The translations under genes and the position numbers were made by a program. A DNA stretch of 64,000 nt from Methanobacteriota archaeon (GTDB lineage: Archaea > Thermoplasmatota > E2 > JACPAO01 > JAHWKR01): assembly GCA_019347805.1 (NCBI GenBank), contig JAHWKR010000002.1, positions 2,137 to 66,136 of the forward strand. The letters are read 5' to 3'. Within the stretch, counting starts at the first letter, position 1, and every line of letters begins with the position of its first letter. The notes below the pieces were generated by a model. The model was not told where the DNA came from and did not search any database. It saw only the letters and a list, made by a program, of their open reading frames with translations. Positions 31,110 through 41,445 of the stretch are shown here, in pieces.

Positions 31110-31718
31110 TCAGCGCAGTCGCGGGGCGATGTAGGTGTCCGCCTCCTTGACCAGGAACGGGGCGAAGAGGGGCAGGGCGATATAGAGCGCGAAGAGGTCG
31201 GCGTCGCGCTCGGGATGCGGCGGTAACCGTCCTGCGGGGACCGCCGCTTGGGGATAGAGCGCGTCGAGGTCACCGGAGAGCACCTGGAACGGCCCATCGC
31301 GGCGGCCTGGACTTTTCTTCCATGCCTCGACACGGTCGAGGAGGACGTCGCGCGCCTGCGAGACGAGCGCGCCGAGGGTGGGACTGTCGGTCTCCTCCGG
31401 GACCACCTGCACCCCTTTGACCATGAGGAGGTCGCGCAGGCCGATGACCTGGCTGAGGAACATGCGGTCGGGATGGAGCACCTCGATGCCGATCAGGTCA
31501 CCGTGGCCCGGGCCCTCCAGCGGCGACGGGTCACCGGTCACGCCTTCCACCATCGTCTTGGCGTACTCGATGGCGTCCGTGAGCACCTGCGCGGCGGGAA
31601 GGTGCGCCATCTCCGCGAAGGCGCCGTCGCCGACGAGTTCGTCGACCGTGGCTTGGCCAAGGGCGTGGAGGGCCTTGGGTGGGAGTTGGCACGACGGACT
31701 GTACACGAGGTCGGACAT
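31110..31718 (-). CDS. Hypothetical protein
   Basis: ATG 31718 about 30 nt after a TATA-like TTTAATAG; globular-looking composition; no recognised motif. Confidence 0.6.
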   Translation of the reverse strand: MSDLVYSPSCQLPPKALHALGQATVDELVGDGAFAEMAHLPAAQVLTDAIEYAKTMVEGVTGDPSPLEGPGHGDLIGIEVLHPDRMFLSQVIGLRDLLMVKGVQVVPEETDSPTLGALVSQARDVLLDRVEAWKKSPGRRDGPFQVLSGDLDALYPQAAVPAGRLPPHPERDADLFALYIALPLFAPFLVKEADTYIAPRLR

Positions 31719-31915
31719 GGGCGCCGGGGCCGCGAGTGGTCCGCCTCTATTAAACGGGTCGGGCCGACGACGGTGCAGCGGGTCGCGAACGGACCGGACG
31801 CTTGACATCAGCGACGGCGCGATGGCCGAAGGGTCCGGTGGCGGACCACGACGACGCGTCCCCCAACCCTTATGACCGAATCGCGCCTCGCCGCGCCCTG
31901 AGGCCGCGCCTCGGA

Positions 31916-33049
<1,134 letters not shown>

Positions 33050-33067
<18 letters not shown>

Positions 33068-33124
33068 GTCAGGAGTCGTCGTGCTGTGTGCGCTTCGCCT
33101 GCCCGCAGCCGAAGCGAGCATCGC
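33050..33124 (+). repeat. Palindromic repeat copy 1, includes the last codons and stop of the acyl-CoA dehydrogenase
   Basis: CGCCTCCTGGACCTGTAGGTCAGGAGTCG...GCTTCGCCTGC...CGAAGCGAGCATCGC; near-identical inverted copy at 39172-39243. Confidence 0.85.
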
Positions 33125-33280
33125 CAGACGTCTCCTCGAAGCGGCACCTTGATCGTCCCTGGAGCGGACGCGTGACAAGGTCCGGGCCAGACACACCAAC
33201 GCGGACACCTTTCGGTCGGCCGATATGTGTCGACCCGCGAGGGACAGGACTATCTTCCGTGACATCGGACACGCCACCGA

Positions 33281-34312
33281 ATGGTCCACCGCGGCCGCAA
33301 GGGACCGAAGTTCGTACTCTCCATGGTCGTCCTACTCGTCCCGCTCTCGGGCTGTATGGGTGGCTCCGCGGGACCCGCTGAAGAGGAGGCGGGACGGCTT
33401 GTCATCGAACTGGCGACCATCGGGTCCCCGGCATCGGCACGCCTCTATCTCGATGGTCTCTCGGTCCATCTCGAGGACGAAGACGGCCCCACGCTCCAGG
33501 TCGACCCGGCCCGCCGTATCGGACTCGAGGAGGAAGGGCCCGTCGTTCGTCTTGCCGACATCGAGACCGCACCGGGCCATTATGACAACGTGGGACTCTA
33601 TCTGGAGGCGGCGGCATCCGTCCTGGGCGACGGATGGCACGCCGTGTCGCCGGAGCCCCGGCGGGTGACAGAGCCAGCGCCCTTCGCGGTCCTTTCCGGC
33701 ACGACCACCCATCTCCGGCTCGTCCTCGATCTCACCGGCTCGGGCGAATGGCTCCTCTTCGACCGCCTGCCGCTCAGGCTCGACCACGTCGAGGTCTCGT
33801 ACCACGATGACGCGGAGACCGCGCCGGAGGACACGTTCCGGGTATCTGCCGCGGCGTCGGGCGGCACGGTCGCCGTGGATGCGGAATCGGCGGACGACGA
33901 GGCGCGCTTCACGCTCTATGTGGACGCGACCGACGCCGCCGAGCCGGTGCGGATCGAGACCGACGGCATCTGGTTGCGCACGGCGGGCGAGGGCGGCTGG
34001 GTGCAGGTCGGGACGACGCAAAGCCGGGTCGACCTCGGGCCGGACACCCCGGAGCGGTCGCTCGTCGTCGACGCCTCAGTGCCCGCCGGCCGCTACGACG
34101 CGGTCCGCTTGGGTCTCGGTGCCGCGTGGGCGGGCTCGAATGAAGACCGCCGGCCCCTCGAGCACCCCGCGACGACCCTGGAAGAAGGCCTCGCCCTCGA
34201 CCTCGCTCCCGACGCCGAAGTGAGCCTGGTACTCACGCTCGACCTGGAGGAGAGCCGCTCGGGGGACCGCCTCGACCCGGTCTGGAGCGGCGCGACCGTG
34301 GCCTACAGATAG
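33281..34312 (+). CDS. Lipoprotein with two DUF4382-like beta-sandwich repeats
   Basis: Lipobox LSGC; repeated PGHYDNVGL / PAGRYDAVRL and LVLDL / LTLDL. Confidence 0.65.
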   Translation: MVHRGRKGPKFVLSMVVLLVPLSGCMGGSAGPAEEEAGRLVIELATIGSPASARLYLDGLSVHLEDEDGPTLQVDPARRIGLEEEGPVVRLADIETAPGHYDNVGLYLEAAASVLGDGWHAVSPEPRRVTEPAPFAVLSGTTTHLRLVLDLTGSGEWLLFDRLPLRLDHVEVSYHDDAETAPEDTFRVSAAASGGTVAVDAESADDEARFTLYVDATDAAEPVRIETDGIWLRTAGEGGWVQVGTTQSRVDLGPDTPERSLVVDASVPAGRYDAVRLGLGAAWAGSNEDRRPLEHPATTLEEGLALDLAPDAEVSLVLTLDLEESRSGDRLDPVWSGATVAYR

Positions 34313-34385
34313 GCGACAGGTCTGCCCAGGTCCCACTGGGCCCACCCCAAACGCTCAAATAGAGCCCTGAAGTGACCGCTCTCCG

Positions 34386-34553
34386 ATGGCGAAGAAGGAA
34401 AAGAACACCGGCTTCCAGGCGTCAGCGGGTCTCATCCGCTATTTCGACGCGGAGGAGAAGTCCGCCTTCCGCATCCACCCGAACGTGGTGATCGGGGTCT
34501 CCCTCCTCACCGCCGTGGCCATCTACGCCCTCAAGATCTTCTATCCGGTCTAG
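34386..34553 (+). CDS. secG: Preprotein translocase subunit Sec61beta
   Basis: Not in ORF track. MAKKEKNTGFQASAGLIRYFDAEEKSAFRIHPNVVIGVSLLTAVAIYALKIFYPV has the archaeal SAGLIRYF motif and a C-terminal TM. Confidence 0.93.
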   Translation: MAKKEKNTGFQASAGLIRYFDAEEKSAFRIHPNVVIGVSLLTAVAIYALKIFYPV

Positions 34554-34559
34554 TACGGT

Positions 34560-34584
34560 CGGTGTCGCTGGCGACACCGTTTCC
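34560..34584 (+). terminator. Hairpin after secG
   Basis: CGGTGTCGC-TG-GCGACACCG followed by TTTCC. Confidence 0.45.
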
Positions 34585-34685
34585 TGCACGTTTTGCGTCC
34601 CTGTCAGGCTGGGCGACCCGAACCGTGAAAAGGGGGGAGGGTTTCGGCGCCCATTGAATCCCCTTTCTCCCTAGGAGGAGTCTTT

Positions 34686-35453
34686 CTGGTCAAGATCGCT
34701 GTGTTCGTCAAGGAAGTGCCCGATGTCGCGCAGTTGCGCATCGACCCCGGATCGCGGGAACCGAAACTCGAAGGACTGCCCACCAAGGTCAACGACTTCG
34801 ACAAGAACGCCGTCGAGGAGGCCGTGCGCCTCAAGGAGAAAGCCTCCGGCTCGACCATCACGGTGTTCTCGGTGAAGGGCAAGAAGCTCAAGGAGACTGT
34901 CAAGGAACCGCTCGCGATGGGCGCCGATTCGGCCGTCGTTGTACCATTCGACGGTGCGCTGGACGGCCGCGGCACGGCGACCATCCTCGCCAAGGCGGTC
35001 GAGAAGCATGGCCCGTTCGATGTCGTCTTCGCCGGTGAGGTGTCGCTCGACGTCAATGCCGGTGAGGTCACCGCGCGCGCCGCCGCGCTCCTCGGCATGG
35101 AGTTCGTCTGGAACGCCAAGGAGGTCAAGGCGGTCGACGACGGCTCGATCACCCTGGTCCGCGATGCGGACGAGGACGAGGAGGTCAAGGTGCCTTTCCC
35201 GGTGCTCGTCACGATGAACGACGAGATGAACAACCCCCGCCTCCCGGCGCTCATGCAGATCCTCGCGGCGGGGAAGAAACCGATCACAGAAGAGTCGCTC
35301 GACTCGCTCGGCCTCTCCGTGGACGACCTCAAGCCGGTCGCCACGCTCCTCTCCAATAAGGCGCCCAAAACGGAGCGCAAGCACGTCATTTTCAGCGGAG
35401 AGGACCGCGAGGAGAAACTGGTCGAGGCCCTCAAACAGGAGGGGATCATCTGA
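34686..35453 (+). CDS. etfB: Electron transfer flavoprotein beta subunit (probable CTG start)
   Basis: (L)VKIAVFVKEVPD, NDFDKNAVEEAVRLKE, LAMGAD, NNPRLP; SD GGAGGAG at 34674-34680. Confidence 0.9.
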   Translation: MVKIAVFVKEVPDVAQLRIDPGSREPKLEGLPTKVNDFDKNAVEEAVRLKEKASGSTITVFSVKGKKLKETVKEPLAMGADSAVVVPFDGALDGRGTATILAKAVEKHGPFDVVFAGEVSLDVNAGEVTARAAALLGMEFVWNAKEVKAVDDGSITLVRDADEDEEVKVPFPVLVTMNDEMNNPRLPALMQILAAGKKPITEESLDSLGLSVDDLKPVATLLSNKAPKTERKHVIFSGEDREEKLVEALKQEGII

Positions 35454-36385
35454 ACGTCCTTGTCTTCTCCGACCATGCCTCCCTCCTCGTCGAGGCCCTG
35501 GCAGGGGCCCGGGCGGCGGCCGGCGACGGCAAGGTCCATGCCGCCACCGTCGACGCCGACCCCCAGAAGCTCATCCAGCACGGCGCGGACGTCGTCCATA
35601 CCCTCGAGCTGCCGGACCAGCACCCGGCGACGCTCGCCAAGGCGCTCACCGAGCTCGGAAAAGAGACCGACGCGAAGGCCGTCGTCATCGGCGCCTCGAA
35701 ACGGGGCAAGGCCTTCGCCGGGCTCCTCGCCCAAGGGTTCGACGCGGTCTACGCGGCCGAGGTGTCGTCGTTCGGCTCCGAGGATGGCAAGCCGAAGGCG
35801 GTCCGGATGCTCCTTTCGGGCAACACGAACGGCGAGTTCGTCTACAACGCCGAGCGCATCGTGGTGACCGCGAACCCGAAGACCTGGGAGCCGCTCGAGG
35901 CCGATTCCGGCCGCAGCGGCGAGACCAAGACCTTCTCGCTCGCCGAAAGCCCCTCCAAGGTCGAACTCGTGCAGGTGCACGAGAAGAAGGGTGAAGAGGT
36001 CGACCTGGCCCAGGCGAAGATCGTCGTCGGCGCCGGTCGCGGCTTCAAGAAACAGGAGGACCTCAAGCTCGCAAAAGACCTCGCCGAGCTTCTCGGTGGC
36101 GCCCTCGGCTGCTCCCGTCCGCTCGCCGCCGACCTCAAGTGGCTCGGCGAGGAGCACTGGATCGGGCTGTCGGGCAACGAGATCAAGCCCCGGCTCTACA
36201 TCGCCTGCGGCATCTCGGGCCAGATCCAGCACATCACGGGATGCCGTGGCGCCAAGACCATCGTCGCCATCAACCAGGACGAGGACGCGCCCATCTTCGA
36301 GCATGCCGACTACGGCATCGTCGGGGACGTCTACGACGTGCTCCCGAAGCTCGCGGACCACCTCAAGGCGAAGGTCACGAGCTGA
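35450..36385 (+). CDS. etfA: Electron transfer flavoprotein alpha subunit (probable CTG start)
   Basis: Open frame (L)NVLVFSDH... continues into VVGAGRG, GCSRPL, IGLSG, GISGQIQH, AINQDEDAPIF; CTGA overlap with the etfB stop. Confidence 0.92.
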   Translation: MNVLVFSDHASLLVEALAGARAAAGDGKVHAATVDADPQKLIQHGADVVHTLELPDQHPATLAKALTELGKETDAKAVVIGASKRGKAFAGLLAQGFDAVYAAEVSSFGSEDGKPKAVRMLLSGNTNGEFVYNAERIVVTANPKTWEPLEADSGRSGETKTFSLAESPSKVELVQVHEKKGEEVDLAQAKIVVGAGRGFKKQEDLKLAKDLAELLGGALGCSRPLAADLKWLGEEHWIGLSGNEIKPRLYIACGISGQIQHITGCRGAKTIVAINQDEDAPIFEHADYGIVGDVYDVLPKLADHLKAKVTS

Positions 36386-36424
36386 TCCCCCCTCTCCCGC
36401 TCTTTCTCCCCTTCTTTTTTTCTC
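36386..36424 (+). terminator. Pyrimidine/oligo-T archaeal terminator of etfBA
   Basis: TCCCCCCTCTCCCGCTCTTTCTCCCCTTCTTTTTTTCTC immediately after the stop. Confidence 0.6.
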
Positions 36425-36611
36425 GGCTCCGGCTGACCTGTGCACCATTTCCCACCTGAAAGGCCACACTGTACGCCCGGCGAACGGTTTAGAGGCGCTT
36501 ATCTTCTCCTAAGTGTCTTGTTGGGGTGTCGGCCCCCGGCCCGCACGGACCTTTCCCCGCCCCCCGGCGGACGGGTCCCCGCGCACGGCGCCGACAGAAG
36601 GAGAACCCCCC

Positions 36612-36761
36612 ATGCGCATCGCAGGACACGTCGGCGACAAGGAACGGCTCGATGTTGAATTCATCCGCTCGGTCGGCATGGTCGCCCGCTGGGTGCACGA
36701 GATGGTCGACCCCCCGCACGCGGACGGTCCGGTCTCGCCACACTCCGGCCCTGCCGGATGA
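36612..36761 (+). CDS. 49-aa microprotein A
   Basis: SD GAAGGAG; MRIAGHVGDKERLDVEFIRSVGMVARWVHEMVD aligns without gaps to microprotein B. Confidence 0.65.
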   Translation: MRIAGHVGDKERLDVEFIRSVGMVARWVHEMVDPPHADGPVSPHSGPAG

Positions 36762-36784
36762 TCCCGCTCAAACCTTGTGTTTGG

Positions 36785-37085
36785 AGGTAGCTTCGGTAGG
36801 TGGCTGCCGCGGCTGGTACCGTAGCGGCCGTCCCCGCCCCGGGTCGCATCCCGCCAATACGCCTCACCCGGGGCGGGGGCCTTCCCCCCTGTCCGACTCC
36901 CTACACAGCCCCCTTCAGACCCCTGTCTGCTGCCCAGCACGATCAACAGACCAGCATGGGACAACAAAAAGGGACACCAACCTTGGCGTCCGGCGCTTCG
37001 GCGCCGGACGCCTCCATGCGGTCGTTTCATGACGGACTTCTGCCCCGGTCCTGCCCGCGGGACCAAGGACCAGCGAAAACAGGGA
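36785..37085 (+). ncRNA. Putative structured RNA of unknown class
   Basis: 13-bp stem 36832-36844/36866-36878; 12-bp stem with cUUCGg loop 36985-37012; nested stems 36954-59/37014-19, 37047-52/37066-71, 36921-26/37079-84. Confidence 0.5.
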
Positions 37086-37203
37086 AATAGGATAGAACGC
37101 GGTGCGGGGGGACGGGATGCTCATGACCGCTCGTACACCACCGAAGGGACCGACAACGCCCGTCCAACAACACGCTATAACCCCCACGGACGAGCCTAAG
37201 GTG

Positions 37204-37350
37204 ATGACAAGCATCCGTGTCGCTGGCCTGGTCGGGGAAGAGAACGCCGTCGAACTCAAGCGCATCGCCTCCATGATGGAGGTCGCCGCTTGGATCCACC
37301 GCGTCTCCAGCTCCGGACCGACCGAGGAATGGGTCGGCCCCGAAGCCTAG
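37204..37350 (+). CDS. 48-aa microprotein B
   Basis: AAGGTG-ATG start; MTSIRVAGLVGEENAVELKRIASMMEVAAWIHRVSS; paralog of microprotein A. Confidence 0.65.
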   Translation: MTSIRVAGLVGEENAVELKRIASMMEVAAWIHRVSSSGPTEEWVGPEA

Positions 37351-37468
37351 GCCGAAGCCCTCTTTCCGCTCTTCCAGGTCACCACCGTTTTTGGACCGCT
37401 CGTCGGTCACGCTCGATCGTCGAGCGTGGGCGCTCGCGCTCTCCCATCACGAGGCGCCAAGCCGGTGC

Positions 37469-39016
37469 CTACCGGCGCTCAGGCCGGAACTGCCAGCCTT
37501 CCGTCTCGCGGGGCATGACCCGCCGGCCGCGTACCTGCGACGAGGAGAGGACCCGGCAAAGGCGCTCCATCTCCCGGGCCGGCACCTCGGCGACGGTCAT
37601 GCGGTCCAGGATGTCGATGCGGCCGATGTCGTCGCGCCCGAGGCCACCTTCGTTGATGAGCATCCCGACGATGTCGCCCGGTTTGACGTTGTCGACCCGG
37701 CCGACCTTCAATCCGAGCGGTGCCGTCGCCCCGGCATCCGCCACGGTCTCCTCTTCGCTCTCCTCCTCGGCGAAGGTGAGCCATTCGAGGGCGCGGATGG
37801 CGATGTCCTCGGCGCTCAGGCCTCGGTCGAGCGCCTTGGCGTACGCCTCCTCGGCGGTGGCGGTCGGTTCGATCGCCTCCAGGGTCTCGATGACCCGGGT
37901 CGAGCGGGCGGTGACCAGTTGGGCGTCACTCGGGACCTGGTAGTGGATGAGGTTCCCGGTCGCGCGCTCGACCGCCTTGATGCGGCGCACGTTGTTCGGG
38001 GTGACGAACAGGATCGACATCCCTTCCCGGCCGGCGCGCCCGGTGCGGCCGATGCGGTGGATGTAGGTCTCGTGGTCGTTCGGAGGCTCGTCATGGAGGA
38101 CCAGTCCGATCTCTTCGACGTCGAGGCCGCGGGCGGCGACATCGGTGGCGACAAGGAGCGGCGCCCGGCCGGAGCGGAAGCGCTCCATGACCTGGTCGCG
38201 TTGTGCTTGGGCCATACCGCCGTGCAGCGCCTCGGCGCCGAGCCCGGCGAGGTCCTTGGTGAGGTCCTCGACGCGCGCCCGCGTGCGGCAGAACATGAGC
38301 GTCGCCTCGGGCTGTTCCATGTCGAGGATGCGCCGGATGGCGTCGACCTTGTCCTTGTTGCGGACGATGGCATAGCCTTGGGTGACGCTCGTCGCCGCGC
38401 CACCGGTGCCGGTGCGGATCGTCTCCGGGTCGTGCAGTGTGCGCTTGGCAAGGCGCTCGATGGAGGGCGACAGGGTCGCTGTGAACAGCATGGTCTGCCG
38501 CTCTTTCGGCAAGGAACCGACGATGCGGTCGACCTCCTCCTGGAACCCCATGCTGAGCATCTCGTCGGCCTCGTCCAAGACGAGGAGAGCCATCCCGTCG
38601 AGCTTCAACGTGCCGCGTTCCAGGTGGTCGACGACGCGGCCGGGCGTTGCGACGAAGATGGCGTCCGGGTGGCGCTGGATGGCGCGCACCTGTTCGCCGA
38701 AGCTCGCGCCGCCGATCAGGCAGACGACGTCCACCTGGCTGCCGTGGGCGATGGCCTGCAGTTCGCGCTGCACCTGCTTGGCCAGTTCCCGCGTCGGCGT
38801 CAGCACGATGCCACGGCGGCCGGCGCGGCTCGCCTCGATGAGGGTGATGCCGAACGCGGCGGTCTTGCCGGTCCCGGTCTGGGCTTGGGCGATGACGTCC
38901 CGTCCCTTCAGGAGGGCTGGGAGGGTCTGTTCCTGCACCGGGGTGGCGACCTCGAAGCCCATGGCCTCCAGTGCCAGCTCGGTCGATTCATGCAGGCCGA
39001 ACTCGTTGAACCGCAT
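37469..39016 (-). CDS. deaD: DEAD-box RNA helicase with DbpA-type C-terminal RNA-binding domain (DeaD/CsdA-like)
   Basis: Q motif, AQTGTGKT, PTRELA, TPGR, LDEADEML, TAT, ATDVAARGLD, HRIGRTGRAG, KPGDIVG. Confidence 0.92.
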   Translation of the reverse strand: MRFNEFGLHESTELALEAMGFEVATPVQEQTLPALLKGRDVIAQAQTGTGKTAAFGITLIEASRAGRRGIVLTPTRELAKQVQRELQAIAHGSQVDVVCLIGGASFGEQVRAIQRHPDAIFVATPGRVVDHLERGTLKLDGMALLVLDEADEMLSMGFQEEVDRIVGSLPKERQTMLFTATLSPSIERLAKRTLHDPETIRTGTGGAATSVTQGYAIVRNKDKVDAIRRILDMEQPEATLMFCRTRARVEDLTKDLAGLGAEALHGGMAQAQRDQVMERFRSGRAPLLVATDVAARGLDVEEIGLVLHDEPPNDHETYIHRIGRTGRAGREGMSILFVTPNNVRRIKAVERATGNLIHYQVPSDAQLVTARSTRVIETLEAIEPTATAEEAYAKALDRGLSAEDIAIRALEWLTFAEEESEEETVADAGATAPLGLKVGRVDNVKPGDIVGMLINEGGLGRDDIGRIDILDRMTVAEVPAREMERLCRVLSSSQVRGRRVMPRETEGWQFRPERR

Positions 39017-39171
39017 CGTTTTCCCTCGGCCGGACGCGTGCCGGCGCTCTGGCCGACAAGGAAGGGGTATATGGCCTCTGGGGCCGAGGAGGGGGGACGT
39101 GGGTCATCTCGGGACCGATGCGAGGTCTTGGGCGGAGCGGCTTGGTCGACCACAGGTCGAGCAAGCGCCTT

Positions 39172-39243
39172 GCGATGCTCGCTTCGCCTTGCAGGCGAAG
39201 CGCACACAGCGCGGCGACTCCTGACCTACAGGTCCAGGAGGCG
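39172..39243 (-). repeat. Palindromic repeat copy 2, inverted relative to 33050-33124
   Basis: Reverse complement reads CGCCTCCTGGACCTGTAGGTCAGGAGTCGCCGCGCTGTGTGCGCTTCGCCTGCAAGGCGAAGCGAGCATCGC. Confidence 0.85.
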
Positions 39244-39292
39244 ACAAGCTCATGCAACCGCAGGGCGCATCAAGCGAGAGCGCCGCACGAGG

Positions 39293-40438
39293 CTAAAGGC
39301 CGAGAAGGCGCCGAGCTATGACCGTCCGCTGGATCTCGCTCGTCCCTTCATAGATCTCGGTCACCTTGGCGTCGCGGTAAAGGCGCTCGGCGCAATAGTC
39401 GCGCGTGTAGCCGTTGCCGCCATGGAGTTGGACGGCCTTGTCGGTGACCCAGCGGGCGGTCTCGGAGGCGTGCACCTTGGCCATCGAGGCGATCTCCGGA
39501 GGAAGGGCCCCTTGGTCGAGTTTTGAGGCGGCGTCCAGTGTCAAAAGGTGGCTCGCCTCGGTCTTGAGATGCATGTCGGCGAGCATGAACTGGACCGCTT
39601 GATGGTCGGCGATGGGGACCCCGAACTGGACGCGTTGTTTCGTGTAGGCGACGGTGGAGTCGACGGCGCGCATGGCGATGCCGACCGCCTGTGCGGCGAC
39701 ACCGATACGGGAGGCGTTCAGGGTCACCATGAGGTGATAGAAGCCTTTGCCCGTCTCGCCGAGGAGCGCTTCGGGCGGGAGACGGACGTCGTCGAAGACG
39801 ACGGGTGTGGTGGAGGAGGCGCGCAGCCCCATCTTGTCCTCGGGGGGTCCGGGTTGGACGCCGTCGAGTTCGCGCGGCACGAGGAAGAGGCTGATGCCTT
39901 TGTGTCCCTCGGCCGACGGGTCGGTCTTGGCGGCGACGACGAAGAGTCCGGCGTGGCCGCCGTTGGTGATCCATTGTTTGGTGCCGTTCAACACCCAGCC
40001 GTCGCCGCTCTTTTCCGCCTTGGTCTTGATGGCGGAGACGTCGGACCCGGCGTGGGGTTCGCTGAGGCAGAACGCACCCATGCGTTCGCCGCTCGCGAGC
40101 TGCGGCAGCCATTCTTTCTTCTGTTCCTCGGTGCCGAAGTCGACGATGGGGGTGGTCCCGACCGAGGCGTGCACGCCGAGCGTGATGGAGGTGGAGGCGT
40201 CGGCCCACGCGAGTTCCTCCATGACGAGGGCCATCGCCACCTTGCTGATGTCGGCGCCGCCGTACGCTTGAGGGATGAGCATCCCGGTGAGGCCGAGCTT
40301 GGCGAGGTCCTGGAACTCTTCCTCGGGGAAGCGTTTGTTCTCGTCCATCTCGTGGGCGCGCGGCTCGAGCGTGGTGCGGGCCCATTGGCGCACCGTCTTC
40401 TGGATGAGCGCCTCCTCTTCGGTGAGCTGGAAATCCAT
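39293..40438 (-). CDS. Acyl-CoA dehydrogenase
   Basis: [57 protein letters not shown]. Confidence 0.95.
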   Translation of the reverse strand: MDFQLTEEEALIQKTVRQWARTTLEPRAHEMDENKRFPEEEFQDLAKLGLTGMLIPQAYGGADISKVAMALVMEELAWADASTSITLGVHASVGTTPIVDFGTEEQKKEWLPQLASGERMGAFCLSEPHAGSDVSAIKTKAEKSGDGWVLNGTKQWITNGGHAGLFVVAAKTDPSAEGHKGISLFLVPRELDGVQPGPPEDKMGLRASSTTPVVFDDVRLPPEALLGETGKGFYHLMVTLNASRIGVAAQAVGIAMRAVDSTVAYTKQRVQFGVPIADHQAVQFMLADMHLKTEASHLLTLDAASKLDQGALPPEIASMAKVHASETARWVTDKAVQLHGGNGYTRDYCAERLYRDAKVTEIYEGTSEIQRTVIARRLLGL

Positions 40439-40483
40439 GGCGGCGGAGGCCCATCCTGGGACGATTGATGAAGGTTTGGCCGG

Positions 40484-41290
40484 CTATTCGCCGGTGAACT
40501 CGGCTTTGCGCTTGTCGAGGAAAGCGGCGATGCCTTCGGCGTGGTCGTCCGTGGAGAAGAGGAGTCCGAAGCTCTCGGCCTCCATCGACCCGGCGGTGCG
40601 CTTGTCGAGCTCGTAGCCCTGGTTGACGAGGCGTTTCACGGTCTCGAGGGCGATGGGGCCGTTGCCGAGGATCTCTTTCATCTTCTCCTTGGCGCGCTCA
40701 AGAAGCGCATCGGGGGCGACGACCTCGACGGCGAGGCCGATGCGGAGCGCCTCTTGGGCGTCGACGGTGCGGCCGGAAAGGAGCAGTTCCTTGGCCCGTG
40801 CGGTACCCACGAGGCGCGGCAGCCTCTGGCTTCCCATGAAGCCGGGCACGAGGCCGAGCTTCGCTTCGGGTTGCCCGAAGACCGCCTTCTCGCTCGCCAG
40901 GATGAAGTCGCAGGCCATGGCGAGTTCGCAGCCGCCGCCGAGACAGTAGCCGTTCACCGCGGCGATGACCGGCATGCGCGATTCTTCGAGCTTGAAGAAC
41001 GCGGCTTGGCCCATGCGCGAGAAATCGGCTGCGGTGAGGGGGTCGATCTCCGACATCCATTCGATGTCGGCGCCCGCGACGAACGCCTTGCCCGCCCCGG
41101 TGACGATGAGCCCGCCGACGTCAGGGTCCTCTTCCAGGATGTCGAGCACCGCGTGGAGCTCTTCGAGCGCCTCGGCGGAGAGCGCGTTCAGCTTGTCCGG
41201 CCGGTCGAGCGTCAACACGGCGACACCGTCCTCGATCTCGACATGGAGTGTATCGAAGACGGGCGTGCTGGGGGCTTCCTCTGCGGTCAT
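40484..41290 (-). CDS. Enoyl-CoA hydratase (crotonase)
   Basis: LDRPDKLNAL, AFVAGADI, AAVNGYCLGGGCELAMACD, FGQPEAKLG. Start is 41290 or 41308. Confidence 0.93.
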   Translation of the reverse strand: MTAEEAPSTPVFDTLHVEIEDGVAVLTLDRPDKLNALSAEALEELHAVLDILEEDPDVGGLIVTGAGKAFVAGADIEWMSEIDPLTAADFSRMGQAAFFKLEESRMPVIAAVNGYCLGGGCELAMACDFILASEKAVFGQPEAKLGLVPGFMGSQRLPRLVGTARAKELLLSGRTVDAQEALRIGLAVEVVAPDALLERAKEKMKEILGNGPIALETVKRLVNQGYELDKRTAGSMEAESFGLLFSTDDHAEGIAAFLDKRKAEFTGE

Positions 41291-41445
41291 GGCGGATCCT
41301 TGCTCCATGGGGGGCACCGGGGCTCGATGCGAGGGGGGCTGGAAAGGGTTTGGGTGCGATGGAGCCATCCCACGTGGAGGCGGAGACATGTCCGACCCCG
41401 CTACCCGTTTGCCTAAGGCGGGGAACCGGCACCTCCTCGTCGTCG

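Noticed and set aside
36956-37090. Small ORF MGQQKGTPTLASG... inside the structured region
   Set aside because: No SD and no similarity to microproteins A or B; the sequence is better explained by RNA stems.
36450-37200. RNase P RNA, SRP RNA, tRNA or cobalamin riboswitch
   Set aside because: I could not find their hallmark motifs (GAGGAAAGUCC, the SRP helix-8 motif, a T-loop, the B12 box) on either strand; left as an unknown RNA.
33125-39171. Composite transposon or integrated element between the inverted repeats
   Set aside because: No transposase or integrase; the cargo includes housekeeping secG and etfBA; no target-site duplication seen.
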